A DNA stretch of 63,829 bases, filler included, from Folioceros fuciformis (taxonomy: Eukaryota), in the NCBI GenBank assembly GCA_049999805.1. It is 5 parts of 5 records of this genome, joined end to end, with 100 filler letters (N's around TTAATTAATTAA, not from the genome) between each part and the next. Parts side by side here need not be neighbours in the genome. Positions count along the whole stretch, not along the records: positions 34,715 to 43,532 come from JBNGIO010003398.1; positions 43,633 to 53,036 come from JBNGIO010003399.1; positions 53,137 to 63,829 come from JBNGIO010003400.1; 2 more parts are not named here. One strand, 5' to 3'. How positions within the stretch are numbered: position 1 is the first letter of the stretch; each line of letters begins with the position of its first letter. Both the position numbers and the translations under genes were made by a program. Below, in pieces: positions 40,920-54,084 of this stretch. A model generated the notes under the pieces. That model did no database searches. It had not been told where the DNA came from and worked only from the letters and a program-made list of their open reading frames with translations.

Positions 40920-42807
40920 ATGGCTTGCTCGCCCATGAAGCCCAGCTCTAGTTCCCGAGAGCATACCGCCTGCTCCGATTCCTTTCACGTCATCTTCAAA
41001 GTGCCGGCTGGGGATTCCCCGTACGTGAAGGCCAAATATGTGCAGGTGGGCGCCGGTTTCTTGTCTCACGTCTGGTTTGCGGAGTGGTCTTTGCTTGCAA
41101 GCTTCCGTTTCCGGGTTGTGGGTTCTGATGATTGGCCTGTTTCTGGTGGTGGGTTGGGATGGAGCAGCTGGTGGACAAGGACCCTGAACGAGCAATCGCG
41201 CTTTTCTGGGCTGCGCTGAACGCGGGAGACAGAGTCGACAGTGCGCTCAAGGACATGGCCATCGTGATGAAGCAGCAGAACAGGCCGGAGGAAGCTATCG
41301 AGGCTATCAAGTCGCTGCGGAGCCGGTGTTCAGACCAGGCTCAAGAAGCGTTGGACAACGTCCTGCTGGATCTTTACAAGGTGGGTCACGTGCTCCTTGC
41401 TACTCCATGCCACTCGTCAACTCTTTCTCACAAGACTACTTTCAGTGGTTCTGCCCCGGTACTCATTGTTGCACATTCTGTTGCAGAGATGTGGGCGGTT
41501 GAGTGATCAGATATCTCTACTGAAGCACAAGTTGCACCTGATCAGCGAGGGCATGGCCTTCAATGGCAAACGCAGCAAGACTGCCCGCTGCCAGGGGAGA
41601 AAGTTCCAAGTCTCCATCGAGCAAGAAACAACCAGGCTCCTGGTAAACAAACAACCAGACGAAAATGCCTTCAAGTTCTGGGCATTCTTCCTTCTGAAGT
41701 TCACCCTCCGCTTGCAGTCCACACAAAGATCATGAAGTACTAAACAATCCTTTCTCCTTTCAGGGCAACCTGGGCTGGGCGTACATGCAACAATCCAACT
41801 ACGCTGCTGCCGAAGCGGTTTATAGGTACTAATACTTGTGGGTTGATTTGCCATGCTGTATGTTGTGCAGAGTCTGCTTCTCCTGCTCTCTGCCGCCTCC
41901 TTCCTCACTTTATGCACTAATTAATCAGCTTGTTAATCGTAACCGACTGCTAATCAGCCAGCTTTCTTCCAATCCTTGGTTGTGAGCAGGAAAGCGCTGA
42001 GCATCAAAGGCGACAGCAACAAGGTGTGCAATTTGGGCATCTGTCTGATGAAGCAGGGGCGGTTGGCGGAAGCCAGTGCCATTTTGCAAACTGTTTCACC
42101 TGCATCTGTGTCCAGTAGGCCGGGCTCCGACTCGCACCTGAAATCCTACGAGCGGGCTCAAGCCATGCTGCGGGAACTCGACTTCTACGCAACATCGCAG
42201 CTTCTTGACTGTGCAGGCCGCTACCCTAGTTTCTCCGAGCCTCTGCCTCCGCCCAGGCCTCAGGCTCAAGCTCAGCCCCAGGCGCAATCGCAAGCTCAAG
42301 CTCTCCTCTCTCGTCTCCGGACGATTCCACAGCAGCCCGCTGTGTTGACGTCCTCGATGCCTTCCTTTCCAGGTGCGTGCTCTTCTTCTTCACGTTTGCA
42401 TTGTACACTGCAGGTTTCGTTTACTGCCGTCCTGGACTCATACTCATTTGTTGTTTGCCCTGCTTCCAGGGAACGACGACACCCACCTCCATTTCGATGC
42501 AGGAATGTTGTTCGAGGCCTCGGAAAATCCCTGCATGCCAACGATGCGTGATCTTGAGCCCACGGGGCTTCGAGGCTTCGAGTCCGATGGGCCCGTCGGC
42601 TTTGGCTTCGGGAAGAGCTTGACATCCTCCCTGGGGAAGGCGGACTCGCTCGAAATGACAGGTTTCGAGCTTCCTGAGAAATTCCCGCTCACCTTCGATC
42701 GCACGAACGACTGCCGGCTCGGAGACAATCCGTTTCGGGACCATCTGGCTGACCGGTCGCTGTTTTCACAGTTCAGCATGCGGACGAAGCTGAGCCGCAT
42801 TTGGTGA
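40920..42807 (+). CDS. MS5/TDM1/SDI1 (POLLENLESS3-like) TPR protein, multi-exon
   Basis: FHVIFKVPAGDSPYVKAKYVQ/LVDKDPERAIALFWAALNAGDRVDSALKDMA, KTARCQGRKFQVSIEQETTRLL/GNLGWAYMQ and NKVCNLGICLMKQGR. The start could lie further upstream. Confidence 0.92.
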
Positions 42808-43029
42808 GCGGTTGGAAGGCTCGGACTGACTGCCAAGCTGTGGCAGCTGGGAGTAGTTATTAGGTAGGTAGGTGGTTAGTTGCAGGCTGCAATGTAAACA
42901 GTGGAAGACCATCAAAGCCAGTTTGATGCTGAGCAGTCGTGTAGAACGTATTCTTGGGACAGATGTGAAGGACCCTTTCACTTGTGTGACGATCATGATG
43001 CTGGAGAGAAGTAGCAAGTCGGGCAGGCA

Positions 43030-43235
43030 GGCCTGGTTAGATGTGAGATGTGCTACCAGCTTGCCCCAGCCGATTCATTTGTAGATAACTAATCTGCAGA
43101 GCAGATTGTTAAGGCCAGGCTAGCTAGACGTGAAGCGTGCAATCCAGCCCCAGTCATCTGCAGATCACTCAATTTGCAGAGCAGATTGTGAAGGCTTGGT
43201 TGACTAGATGTGATGTGTTACCAGACTCTTCCAGC
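43030..43235. repeat. Degenerate tandem repeat of about 80 bp downstream of the TPR gene
   Basis: tagatgtga...ccagcc...tgcagagcagattgt.aaggc recurs two to three times. Confidence 0.6.
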
Positions 43236-43532
43236 CTATCCAATAATTCATCCATTGGGCTTGGTTAGGTGTCCGGTGTGGTGTCAGTCTATCCCCGCCC
43301 ATTCGATTGTAGGGAAAGTCGATACTATTTTCGTGTGGCGAAGATGCGGCACTGGCACTGAAGGTGTGGATGGAGCTGGCTGGCAGTTGAGTTCAAAGAT
43401 CACTCACTGGATTAGGACCTCTCCGCACAGGACGAGAAGGGGGACCACTGGACACAATGAACAGACGATTTAGCACCAGACATCTTCCTCATGGATCGAA
43501 GCATCCTGTGAACAACTTAGGCACCCACAGAT

Positions 43533-43632
43533 NNNNNNNNNNNNNNNNNNNNNNNNNNNNNNNNNNNNNNNNNNNNTTAATTAATTAANNNNNNNNNNNN
43601 NNNNNNNNNNNNNNNNNNNNNNNNNNNNNNNN
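43533..43632. other. Artificial contig spacer
   Basis: 44N-TTAATTAATTAA-44N. Confidence 0.97.
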
Positions 43633-45288
43633 TCTCCTTCCCCACCACATGTCCCAAGCCCAAGGATGTCACCTCCTCCACTACCACAAGTCCCAAGCCC
43701 AAGGGCGTCACCTCCTCCTCCACCACATGTCCCAAGCCCAAGAGTGTCAACACCAGCATCAACATCTGCGCCAGACTATGACGACTCATATGCACCAGAT
43801 TTTTATGATGTTGGCCCTACAACATCATATGATGGCCCTACAACATTGTATGACGACCCTGAATATGCAAATTTTTATAATAATGGCCCTGCAACATCGT
43901 ATGCACCTTAATGGATCTTAATGAATTGGCTACATCATGTAAGTTTATTTTAAGTATTTAGTTCAATGAGCACTAGCCAAACGAGGGTTATAAGACAATT
44001 TTAAGCACATGATAATAACTTCATCACTATTAATGGCAAGTAGGCAAGTAGGTTCATAATCTTCGATCATGACGTCTTAGAAGCATTTTATAGTTATGGA
44101 AGTGGTATTGAAAGGCATACCACAACAAGCAGAATGGAGTTGGTCTTTCTCTATTCTATATCGTGGCTGGCTTTTGACAACATGTGTCTATCACTTGGCA
44201 AAAGCAGGGTACAAGATGACCACTATTGCGTCTAGCTTTTGACAGCAGGTGTCCATTGCTTTGCAAACACACAGTTTACAAGATGACTACAAGCGCAAGG
44301 GAGGCAGTGTCGACAACTCCAATAATAGGTAGACCCTTTCACCTCGTAGATCACGATGTAATAGAGACGTGGTTGGTAGTTTAAACTTGCTGCCCTTAGG
44401 GGCTAGTCGTGTTTGGCCCCATCACCTCTGCAGAGAGTTTACCCTCGAATTTTCCCCTCTTTCGATATACATGGGTTTTCTATCTTGTTTTTCAATAAAG
44501 CCTCCGATTTCCAAATATTGTATAGTTATCATAACATTTCGTTTCCTTCCATTGTAGCTAGCTTCGTCATATCTTTGAGATCATTCCATTTTGTTGCGTT
44601 ATAACTACCTCTAATTGTTCCATTTTGTTACGTTATAGCTAGCTACCTCTAATTTATGTGCTTCGTACGAGCTTAGGTTGTCAATGAAAGTATCTTCGAC
44701 TAACTTGAAAATACTTGCATATGGGTAAACCAAGTAGCAATTCAATGTCATAACTAATAGATCAAAGAACTTAGGTCTATTAAGCTTCATCTATGTGGTG
44801 CGAGAATCCAAATTCATTGAGCTTGTTGAGATTGAATCATCCAATTCTCCAATCCATCAAAGATGTATCATCTTTTAACCTCCTATACTAAACTAAACAT
44901 CTCACTTGAGGGATGCACTAGATTACCCAAGCTCTCAACTCAGAAGGGTATATACATCTAGATAGGGACTAGGGGAATGGGCTTGGGTACTAGCCTTATG
45001 GTAATTGTTACCACCTTTTTTTAGAGACCAAGGTCGTTTTGGCGAAATTATCCTCTAAAATGAAAGCAAAATTCGCCGAGAACCGATTTCTACTTCACTC
45101 TTTGAGAAAATCCGCGTTCTCTAAAGCACCTTATTCAACCTTTTCATGGCACTCTACCAAGTTCAAAATGCCATGACGGTCGAGGTCCATGCCCTTGCAT
45201 CCTGTACGGAATGCCGTCACAAAACTGACACGAATAAGTTTCTAACAGATACTGGCAATAGAGCCTCGCTTGGGATTCCAGATGCGAG

Positions 45289-45965
45289 CTATGGACACTT
45301 TGGGCCGCCCTTGGCGTTCCTCATGTTCTGGTAACAGGGGCAAACTTCCTTGTTGCCGTAAGTCCCAGGCGGAACACAGTTGCACTTCTGGCAACAGAGG
45401 AGGCAGTACTTGTGGCATGGTTTTGATTTGCTGGCCTTGCTGCACCGAATGTCGCAAGCTGGGGTACATTCTACAAAGAAAGGGAAGGCATATAAAGTCC
45501 ACTCGGAGTGGAAGCACAGAAACTGATTAGGCAGTTCAACATGGCTTGAAGGTTGGAGCATTACCCAGCGGCCGTTTCTGGCGGTGCCCACCATGGCTGT
45601 GGTGGCCCCCGATAATGTGATGGCCCTGCAAATCTCGCCTCATGCTGTGCGTCTACATCCCCAGGAGCAGAATCATTTGGTAGTTGCGCCCCAGTCACCG
45701 AAGCTATAACCCGACCACACAAAGGACACGCAAGACTCACCTCCTTGTTGTATTGGCCAAAGGCGCACGCTCCCAAAGAAACCGGTACTGCCTCAGCAAC
45801 CTAATCAGACAACAGGCAACCAACCCACCATTGAGCAGCAGAAAACATGAGCAGCAGCAGGTGGTACAAAGTTGTTCACTTCCCAACCTCCATGATTTCA
45901 CCAAACGCCTGAACCAGCAGGATGAGCAAGATCGAGGGCAACATAAACACCTTGGCTCGACACAT
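45289..45965 (-). CDS. GASA/snakin cysteine-rich secreted peptide (multi-exon)
   Basis: Signal peptide MCRAKVFMLPSILLILLVQAFG. The last exon ECTPACDIRCSKASKSKPCHKYCLLCCQKCNCVPPGTYGNKEVCPCYQNMRNAKGGPKCP has the 12-Cys GASA pattern. Confidence 0.93.
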
Positions 45966-46727
45966 CCTCACCCAACTGGGCGTGCTTGACAGATGGGCTC
46001 GGCCAACAGAACAGCCCGACAAGAACTGTGAAGAGTAACAGACGTCAGGCAACCAGGATGCAATCACCACACAACTCCTCCACAACGGCCAAAGCGAACA
46101 GGAGCTCCACCTGAGGCCGTCTGTCCGAGCAAGCCTTGCCTCCTTGCCTAATACAGCCCACCAAGCCCTGATAGCCATGGAGACTATAGAGTAGAGTCTC
46201 GCCAAGGCCGATGGCGCTGCAGTACTTGGGCCATAATCTATCACCTCACACTTCTAGCGATGAATGAAGGCGAGAGTCCTTGAACCTGCAGGCCCAACAA
46301 CCGGGCCACGGCTGGCTTAAGGAAAATCATTCTGTAGGCATGAGGAACCTGATGCATCAAGTGGGCTCACGGGAAGTAATGCCGGAGCCCAGCACTGAAG
46401 GGAGTCACGGGCACGCATTCATTCTCTCCTACGCATGAGTCGGCCATCGCAGAAGCAGCTCTGCTCGTACGCACCAGATGCTCGTAGGGGCAAATTTCTG
46501 GCCTCTCACGCGACCGATCAGGTCCCCCACTTCTGTCGAATCGCGCGAAACGCAGCTTGCCCAAGCATATCCCCGTAGGACAGATACGCATAGTTTAAGT
46601 CCTCTGACAGGGGGGGAACGGAAGCCACGTTGTATGTGTGTCGTGAAATCTAAACAATCCGGGATCTACAGGGCAGAAAGCAAAAGCAACCGGTGGCGGC
46701 GAGACTCAGGGGAAGCAAGGATGGGCC

Positions 46728-47741
46728 ATGGCGCCCAAATCCAGGCACTTGCTTGGGCAAACCTCGACGTCTCCACCAGCGTCTCCTCCGTCACCTCTTC
46801 TACCTTCTCCGTCTGTTTTTTCTCCTTCTCTGTCCTCGCCTTCTGTTGCGGGAGCTGCAGAGGAGGGAGCTGCGGCTATGGCAGAAGAAGATGGGTCCTC
46901 AGGTCTGCTGACTCAGGAGGAGAAGGAGGAGGCGAGGAGCGGGGAGGGAGATTCGGAGTGGGATGATCTCAAGGCGTCCTTGGCGCATGTGACGGATGTG
47001 TGGAGGGTCCGGGCTCAGGGCGCTCATTCGGCCTGGGTGTCGACCCAAAGGAAGGTGGAGGGCAGGGCAGAGTGGAGGGTTACCCTGGGTGAGGCTCTCG
47101 AATCCACCACAACTCATGTGCTCATCGTGGTGCTGCTGTTAGTGGATCTGCTGGCTACGGCCATCGACATTCTGAAGGAGATCCACGTGAACCACGAGGA
47201 CCTCAGGGACTGCATCGAGCGGGTGGAGTCCTGCTACGTGCCCTCCAGCTTCGAGCAGCGGGAGGTTCCCTGGGAGTGGCTGGGGTATGTGGGGATCGCC
47301 ATCCTGCTGGTGCTGCTGCTCAATGTTATTGGGTTGTTAGTGGCGTTCGGGAAATCCTTCTTCTCGCACCCGGGATATGTGCTGGATCTCGTCGTGGTGG
47401 TCACGGCCTTGTGCTTGGAGATCTTCCTGGAGGCGGACACTGCGGGGTTGCTGGTCATCCTCACGTTGTGGCGGATTGTCAGGGTCGCCCACGGCATCTT
47501 CTCTGTCACAGACGAGGCTTGGGAAAGCGAGGTGAAGAAGCTGGAGGAGAGGTTGCAGGCCGTGGAATCCAGTCACAAGAAAGATCTGCAGCTGCTCAAA
47601 GAGCGGGAGGAGCGCATCGCAAATCTGGAGTACCAATGTGCCCAGAATGAGCGGTACAACGAGCTCGGGCTGAATCAAGAGAGCCGGAACGAGGATAGTT
47701 TGTACCAAGCTAGCCTTGGAAGAGAAGGCGAAGATATCTGA
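46728..47741 (+). CDS. HV1: Voltage-gated proton channel Hv1-like (stand-alone voltage-sensing domain plus coiled coil)
   Basis: Single exon with four TM helices: S1 Asp (LLLVDLL), S3 GYVLDLVVV..LE and S4 LTLWRIVRVAHG, then a C-terminal heptad coil. No pore domain. Alternative start near 46878. Confidence 0.85.
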   Translation: MAPKSRHLLGQTSTSPPASPPSPLLPSPSVFSPSLSSPSVAGAAEEGAAAMAEEDGSSGLLTQEEKEEARSGEGDSEWDDLKASLAHVTDVWRVRAQGAHSAWVSTQRKVEGRAEWRVTLGEALESTTTHVLIVVLLLVDLLATAIDILKEIHVNHEDLRDCIERVESCYVPSSFEQREVPWEWLGYVGIAILLVLLLNVIGLLVAFGKSFFSHPGYVLDLVVVVTALCLEIFLEADTAGLLVILTLWRIVRVAHGIFSVTDEAWESEVKKLEERLQAVESSHKKDLQLLKEREERIANLEYQCAQNERYNELGLNQESRNEDSLYQASLGREGEDI

Positions 47742-48367
47742 GTGGCCGGTCTCACTATGTCCTTGTTCTTGCTCGCTCCTTGTTTCGTGTTGTACTTATT
47801 TGTATGTTTTTGTGTGCTCTTGGTAGCCAGTGTTCATTTCCTTGTCCAGCTTTTTGTTGACATCTTCTCAGCAGACCTAGGCAATTTGGCAAATTGCGTG
47901 TTCGTGCGTAAGCAGAGTATGCGTGTATGTAAAGAATCTCGTGTGATGTTCAGACATATTTTATTCAATCAATTTCTTCCAGGTGAATGCTTCGAAAGTC
48001 CTGCAGGTTTCCACTTCCACTGGGAGGAGGCCAAAAAGATAGAAACTATGAATGACATGCTGAGCTTCCTCTTCCAATGAATGAGTTCGCCCAGCCAGAG
48101 CGTTATCCTCTTCCAGTAAGCTGCCTGTTCCAAACGTCGAGCTTGCCTTGTCGGGTGCCCTGTTTGGACCATCACTGGGAAGAACCTAATTCAATCCTAA
48201 TCGAATGCAATCACAGTCTCGAGCTATGTAGTGTACAAGTTCTAATACAACGCACACACTCTATCTAGTGTACAAGAACTTGTGAACGTTGAGTGTGGGC
48301 GGCATGAGCAGCTGCAGGGAAGAAGATCCTCGAAGTGGGCAGACTTGAAGCAAGACGAACTACGGGT

Positions 48368-51300
48368 CTACTCCTCCAGGATGTCGTGGAGGAGATGGTC
48401 AGGACCGCCTTGAAGGTCCTGCAGACCTTTGACTATGTCGGACATGTTGGGCCTCTTGGCGCCGGCCTCCTCGCAGCAGGAGATGGCGAGCTGGAGGAAC
48501 CTGGTGAGATCGGCGGCGGATGGGCCGGTGCCAACGACGACGGGATCGAGAGCCTCGGACTGTCGGCCCTGCTTGAGCAGAAGCCTTACCCACTCCACCA
48601 AATTCCCAACACGATTGTCCCTCGAGAACACGCCGACAGGCCTCTTCCCGGTTGCCAGCTCCAGCAACACGACCCCGAAGGAGTACACATCGCCTTTCAC
48701 AGTAGCCCGCCATGTTTGGCTGTACTCGGGCGGGACATAGCCCAGCGTCCCGGCCACCGTAGTGCTCACGTGCGTGTCGTCCACGTCCATGAGCCTGGCC
48801 AGCCCGAAATCCGTGACATGGGCATTGAAGAATTCGTCGAGCAGGATGTTGGACGCCTTCATGTCCCGGTGGATGATGAGCGGGGAGCAGGCGTTGTGCA
48901 GAAAGTCAAGCCCCCGGGCAGTCCCAATGGCTATCTTGAGCCTCTTGGGCCAGTCCATTTGATCCGAACCCCCCTCCTTCTCGTGCAGCCACTCCTCCAG
49001 ACTTCCATTCTTCATGCACTTGTACACCAGGATCCTTTCCCTCCCGAAGCAGCAGTATCCCATCAAAGGAACCAGATTCTCGTGCTTCAGCCGGCCCAAT
49101 GTCTCCATCTCTGCCTTGAATTCCCGGATCCCCTGCGGTCCGTCTTGAGTGAGTTTCTTGATGGCAACCACTGAACCATTCGCCAGCCGAGCCTTGTACA
49201 CCGTCCCGAACCCGCCGCTCCCGAGGACGTTCGCCTCGTCGAATCCGTTCGTTGCCGTCACCAAATCTTCGTAAGTGAGCGACGGGAGAGACTCCGCCAT
49301 CTTGAAGATGGAGACGTGGGTCTTCATTCGAGACGTAAAGAGTTGGCTGTCCCGATCGACCTTGGCAAAGCTCACTTCCGACTGGCGANNNNNNNNNNNN
49401 NNNNNNNNNNNNNNNNNNNNNNNNNNNNNNNNNNNNNNNNNNNNNNNNNNNNNNNNNNNNNNNNNNNNNNNNNNNNNNNNNNNNNNNNTTGGAGTCGCGG
49501 AGTCCCTGGATGTTTCCCAAGGTGAGCCCGCAGTCGGCCCAATATGGGCTGACGCCAAAGGTGAAGAATTGCGGGCCGGTGGGGATCGGCCCGGTAAGAT
49601 GAACGTTGTAGGAGACGTTGAACTGGGTGAGGAGATTCAGGTTGCCGAGCCCTGGCGGTATCGGCCCGCTGAGATTGTTGAAGCTGAGGTCCATCTGGAT
49701 GACGCATCTGAGATCGGCCAGGGTCGGGGGAATCTGGCCGCTGAGGAGGTTATGGGAGAAGTTGAATTTGGAGAGGACCAGGGAGGAGGAGAAGGCGTCG
49801 GGGATGGAACCTGAGAGGAAGTTTTCTTGGAAAAACATGAACCCTAGGTTGGTGGAGTTGGCGATGATGGACTCCGGGATGGAGCCGGTAATCTGGTTGT
49901 GCGTGAGCTCGATGTAGCTTTGCGTAGGCTTGGGCTGGCAGGGATTCACAACAGCATTACCGGTGAGCAGGACGTTCCAGAAGGCCTTGCATCTCTCGTA
50001 CTTGAAGTTCTCCTGGATGAAGGAGGTGAGCCCGCCCGGGACCCAGCGGGCGATGATAGAGCACTCCCCGATGTAGGCAGGGTAGATGTGCGGGGAGAGC
50101 TTGTTCTTGTCGAAGCGCTCGGCGGCCTTGTTCCCCATGGTGTGGAGCGAGGCAGGAATGGTGCCGTTGATGCTGTTGCGGACCGCGTTGAGCCAGACCA
50201 GGCTGCTGGCGTTCCCGAGCTCGGGGGGTATCGGACCTGAGATGCGATTGACCCCTAACCCTAGCCAGAGGAGCTGGCTCAGCTCCCCGAGCTCTGGCGG
50301 GAGGGGGCCCTCGAGGAGATTGTAGGACAGGTCGAGTATCTGGAGGTTGGAGAGGAAGGAGATTTCGACCGGGATGGGGCCGGAGATGTTGTTCCCGGCC
50401 AGGATGAGGTGGTCCAGGTTGGTCAGGCTGCATAACTGGGTGGGAATGGGTCCGTAATGGCTGCTATGGCTGAGATCTAGGTAAGTGAGGTTGGAGAGGA
50501 GGCCGAGTTCGGGCGGGATTGGCGCTGGATCAAAGGAGTTCAGGCTGAGGACGAGAACGTGGAGGCTGGAGATGGTGCTGAGGTAGGGTCCTGGGTGCGG
50601 GCCGGTGAAGAAGTTGTTGTGGAATTCCAGGAAGGTAAGGGCCTGGTTGGACGAGAAGTGGTCGGTGATCTCGCCCAGGAACAGGTTCTTCCCGAGCGCC
50701 AGGGTCTGCAGAGCCGACATGTTGGAGAAGATCTTGGGCAGCGTGTCGTTGAAGAGGTTGGCTTGCAGGTTGAGCAGCAGGAGGTTGAAGCAGCTTCCCA
50801 GCTCTAAGGGCAGCGGGCCTGCCAGGTTGTTGAAGGAAACGTCCAAGATCTGAAAGGCAGCACAATGGGCGAGGAGCTCCGGAGAGAGAGGTCCGGAGAA
50901 GAGGTTCTGCTGCAGGGCCAGCTTCCGGAGCGATGGAAGCTTGCCGAGAGACAAAGGAATTTCTCCTGAGAGGGAGTTGGAGGAGACATCCAGGCTGCGG
51001 AGGTTGGTGCAGGGGAGGGCGAAGTCTGGGGGCAGAGTTCCTGTGAGTCCGATGCCGTTCAGGTCCAGGTCCTGGAGGCTCGGGCAGGCGGAGAGGAAGC
51101 CGTCGGGGACGCTGCCGTTTAAGCTGTTCTGCGCCAGGGCCAGGACCCGGAGGCTGGGGAGGTTGGGGATGAAGGAGGGGAGGGAACCGTTAAGGTCGTT
51201 GTAGGAGAGGTCCAGGGAGGTGAGGGCGGTGCAGAGCCCGAGCTCGTCCGGGATGCTAGAATTGAAGAGATTGAGGGAAAGGGAGAGGTTGGCAAGGGCC

Positions 51301-51701
51301 GGGAGGTTGGAGAATCCGGACGGGATGGGGCCAGCAAGACTGAGGTTGACCAGGCTCACGCTGCTCACCCGGTTGTACCCTCCCCACAGCGCACATCCCA
51401 CTCCCCGCCACTGGCACACGTTGTCGGTGGAGTTCGCCTCCCAGGAAAGCAGAATGTCCGTGGTGCTGTCGTTGGCTTGCAGCAGCTGGCTCTTGATCCC
51501 CAGCAGCGCCTGCGCATCCTGCACCAAGCCGGAGCTGGTGGCCTGATGAAGCCGCCTGCCATGTCCGTGGCCGAGGTGGCCACCTCCATGCACTTGCGCA
51601 CAATTGATGGAAATTGGGAAGAGGAGGAGCAAGACGAAGAGAAGGAAGCGAGTGGTGGGAGTGATGAGCATGGTGGAGCCTGGCCCTATGGCGCCTGCCA
51701 T
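48368..51701 (-). CDS. LRR receptor-like kinase, subfamily X, with island domain (TM region falls in gap 49389-49488)
   Basis: Signal peptide, CQWRGVGC cap and about 20 LRRs. Island GECSIIARWVPG...CKAFWNVLLTG...PC. Kinase motifs GSGGFGTVYKA, VAIKKL, HRDMKASN, DFGLAR and GTLGYVPPEY. Confidence 0.93.
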
Positions 51702-53036
51702 GAACGATCCGGCCTCCTGGTGCTCCCGATCCCGCCCTTACTCATCTGCCTGCAGGAGGAGGGTGAAGGTGGCCGAATCAGCTTGAGCAGGTGGACTCCC
51801 TCCTAATCCTCCTCATCACCGCCTTCCGAGCTGCTTTGCCAGAAGCACATCCAGAAGGCGGCGAAGGCGGCGACCCCGTCAACCGCCATGGTCTGCAATT
51901 CGCTGGCCAACCCGAGAGAGCAAAGGGAATTGGGGAAAGCTGGAGGAGCAGAGACGTGGAATTGAGCAGAAAATAAAAAAGACGTCTCAGGTGTTGAGGA
52001 AAGCAGAGGATGGTTGTTCCGCGAGCGTGGCGGTGGAGAACCACACGTCCCGCGAATGAGATGAGCAAGGCAGGGGCAAGCGGGGCGTGAAGAAGTGGTG
52101 CGACGTGAGCACCCGCCCCGTCCGTGTGCCAAGGGTGTGCGCAACTGGCCCAGTTCGTGTGAAAACAGTGGTTGGCCTCCTCCTTGTTCCAGCTCCCTGC
52201 GTAGTTGGACCTTTACCATTCCTGCGCACGGGGCCTTGTCCGTCTGTGAGCCGCACTTTTGATTTCGGGCCCTCGAATATTATTTATAGCATCCGCCAAC
52301 AAACACTCTACAGTACGGCCTTCGCTTCCAGTTCGATTATCGAATCTGTCCAGCGCCTCGTCTGCAAAATAGATGAGGCTGGCCCAGTCCCCCTGCCGCA
52401 CACCAGCTTCTATCCGTCACGACCCACCGCACGTACGTCCCGCGTGCCGCTGTGTCCCAATCTCTGACTGTCACTGACTTTGTGCTTCCATCAAAACCTA
52501 CATCAGACTTCCCAGAATTGTGCACGAAATCACCGACACATAATATTATAAACATTTCCCTCATTTTGCACGAGGTTCGCGAGGGGAGGGGAGACGACTT
52601 GCGCCTGCCCTGCTCTGAAAATGTGGTAAGTAAGCTAAGTTGGGTGCGTTTCCGTTTCCGTTGATGTAAGTTCGTAAGTACTGTATGTATTTACACTAAA
52701 CAAAAGTCACAAGGGGTGAGAGAGAGCGAGACTTCTCTCTTCCCTTGACTGCAACAACAGCATTCGCATCATGTGCACATCTGCTGGAAGCATAGACCAA
52801 TAGCCTCATTACTTACAGTAGTACCTGCTCACAAGCTCTCCAAAGCCGGGTATTGACACCAAAATTTCGCAACAGCTATTGCTTCACAAATCATCGTTGT
52901 CATCAGTCTTACGGACCTACTAAAGAATCAAAGAATGTTGGCTACTGTACACCTCTTCGTCGGACAAGCACCTCTTCCAGTTCCTACTTTTACACCCACA
53001 GTTCCTGTCTACCATCCCCTTTTCCCGCCCCAAGGC

Positions 53037-53136
53037 NNNNNNNNNNNNNNNNNNNNNNNNNNNNNNNNNNNNNNNNNNNNTTAATTAATTAANNNNNNNN
53101 NNNNNNNNNNNNNNNNNNNNNNNNNNNNNNNNNNNN
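53037..53136. other. Artificial contig spacer
   Basis: 44N-TTAATTAATTAA-44N. Confidence 0.97.
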
Positions 53137-54084
53137 CCTTCAATCAGCCCAATCTTAAGCCTTCCGTCTCATAACTATTTGATAATCCTACAGCCCATCG
53201 TCCCTTGGGGTCGTTTATGACTTGCCAACCACCAATTCTTTTGGTTGGCTGAGTGGATTGTTTGCCTGTTTGCTATCCTAACCTACTTTAGTGGAAGCTT
53301 AGCTTCTGCGACCTCCCCACTGATCTCTTTTGCTGTGTTCTTTTTACTACTAATACGTCTCGTGTACGTCTAACCTACTGTCCGTGGGCCCTGTATTACA
53401 CTGATTTAGGACTAAACCAACAGACTTACATGTGCTCCTCCTATGAGGCCTATGCGTCAGTTGCCGTGGGAACCATTAGAGGAGATGGTGTAGGGGTGAA
53501 GGTGACTAGATTGGAGGCAGCCTTAGCCATCATGGGAATAGTTGTAGGGGAGGAAGACTTTGCAAGTAGCCATTCAACAACAAGGAGACGATACCCACCT
53601 TATCTGGGAGAGCAGTCAATGGCCAAGGATCTGTAAGGGTTGTTGGTAGGGTCAACAAGCGAGCTGGCGGCTCGTCATGTTGATGATAAGGTAGGCTAAC
53701 CTAGAATAATAGTTTGGGATATATAACTATTTAGTGTCATGTCATAGTAGTTAATCTGTAAAGGGAGAGGAAGGAAGACTAGAGCTAGGAGTCTTCTTTA
53801 AGAGGCTGTGAGCCTTTAGGACCCACTTGTTACTTAATGCTCTTTCTTAGGTTGTGCCTAATCAGGTAAAGCAACGTGTCCCAGTTGTGCATGTTATGCA
53901 GCGCTTGGTAAAGCTTTTAGAACCAATGGCTAGGGTTAAGGGCTGGGTGGCTTTATTCTTAATCATTTCATCCGTGTCCCGTCCCCATGAAATGTCTCTC
54001 TTAGTTCCTCATAGGACTCGAGTGTGTACCGATTATGCTTACAATGTTGTTTGGTAGGATTGTGGGTAACGACATGTTTTTCTT

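Noticed and set aside
43633..43921. Pro-rich extensin-like ORF (SPPPPPHVPSPR repeats)
   Set aside because: A short contig-edge fragment built from a minisatellite of about 40 bp, with no start or signal peptide visible.
48335..51546. Many plus-strand ORFs over the receptor kinase
   Set aside because: Antisense shadows caused by GC3-rich codon usage.
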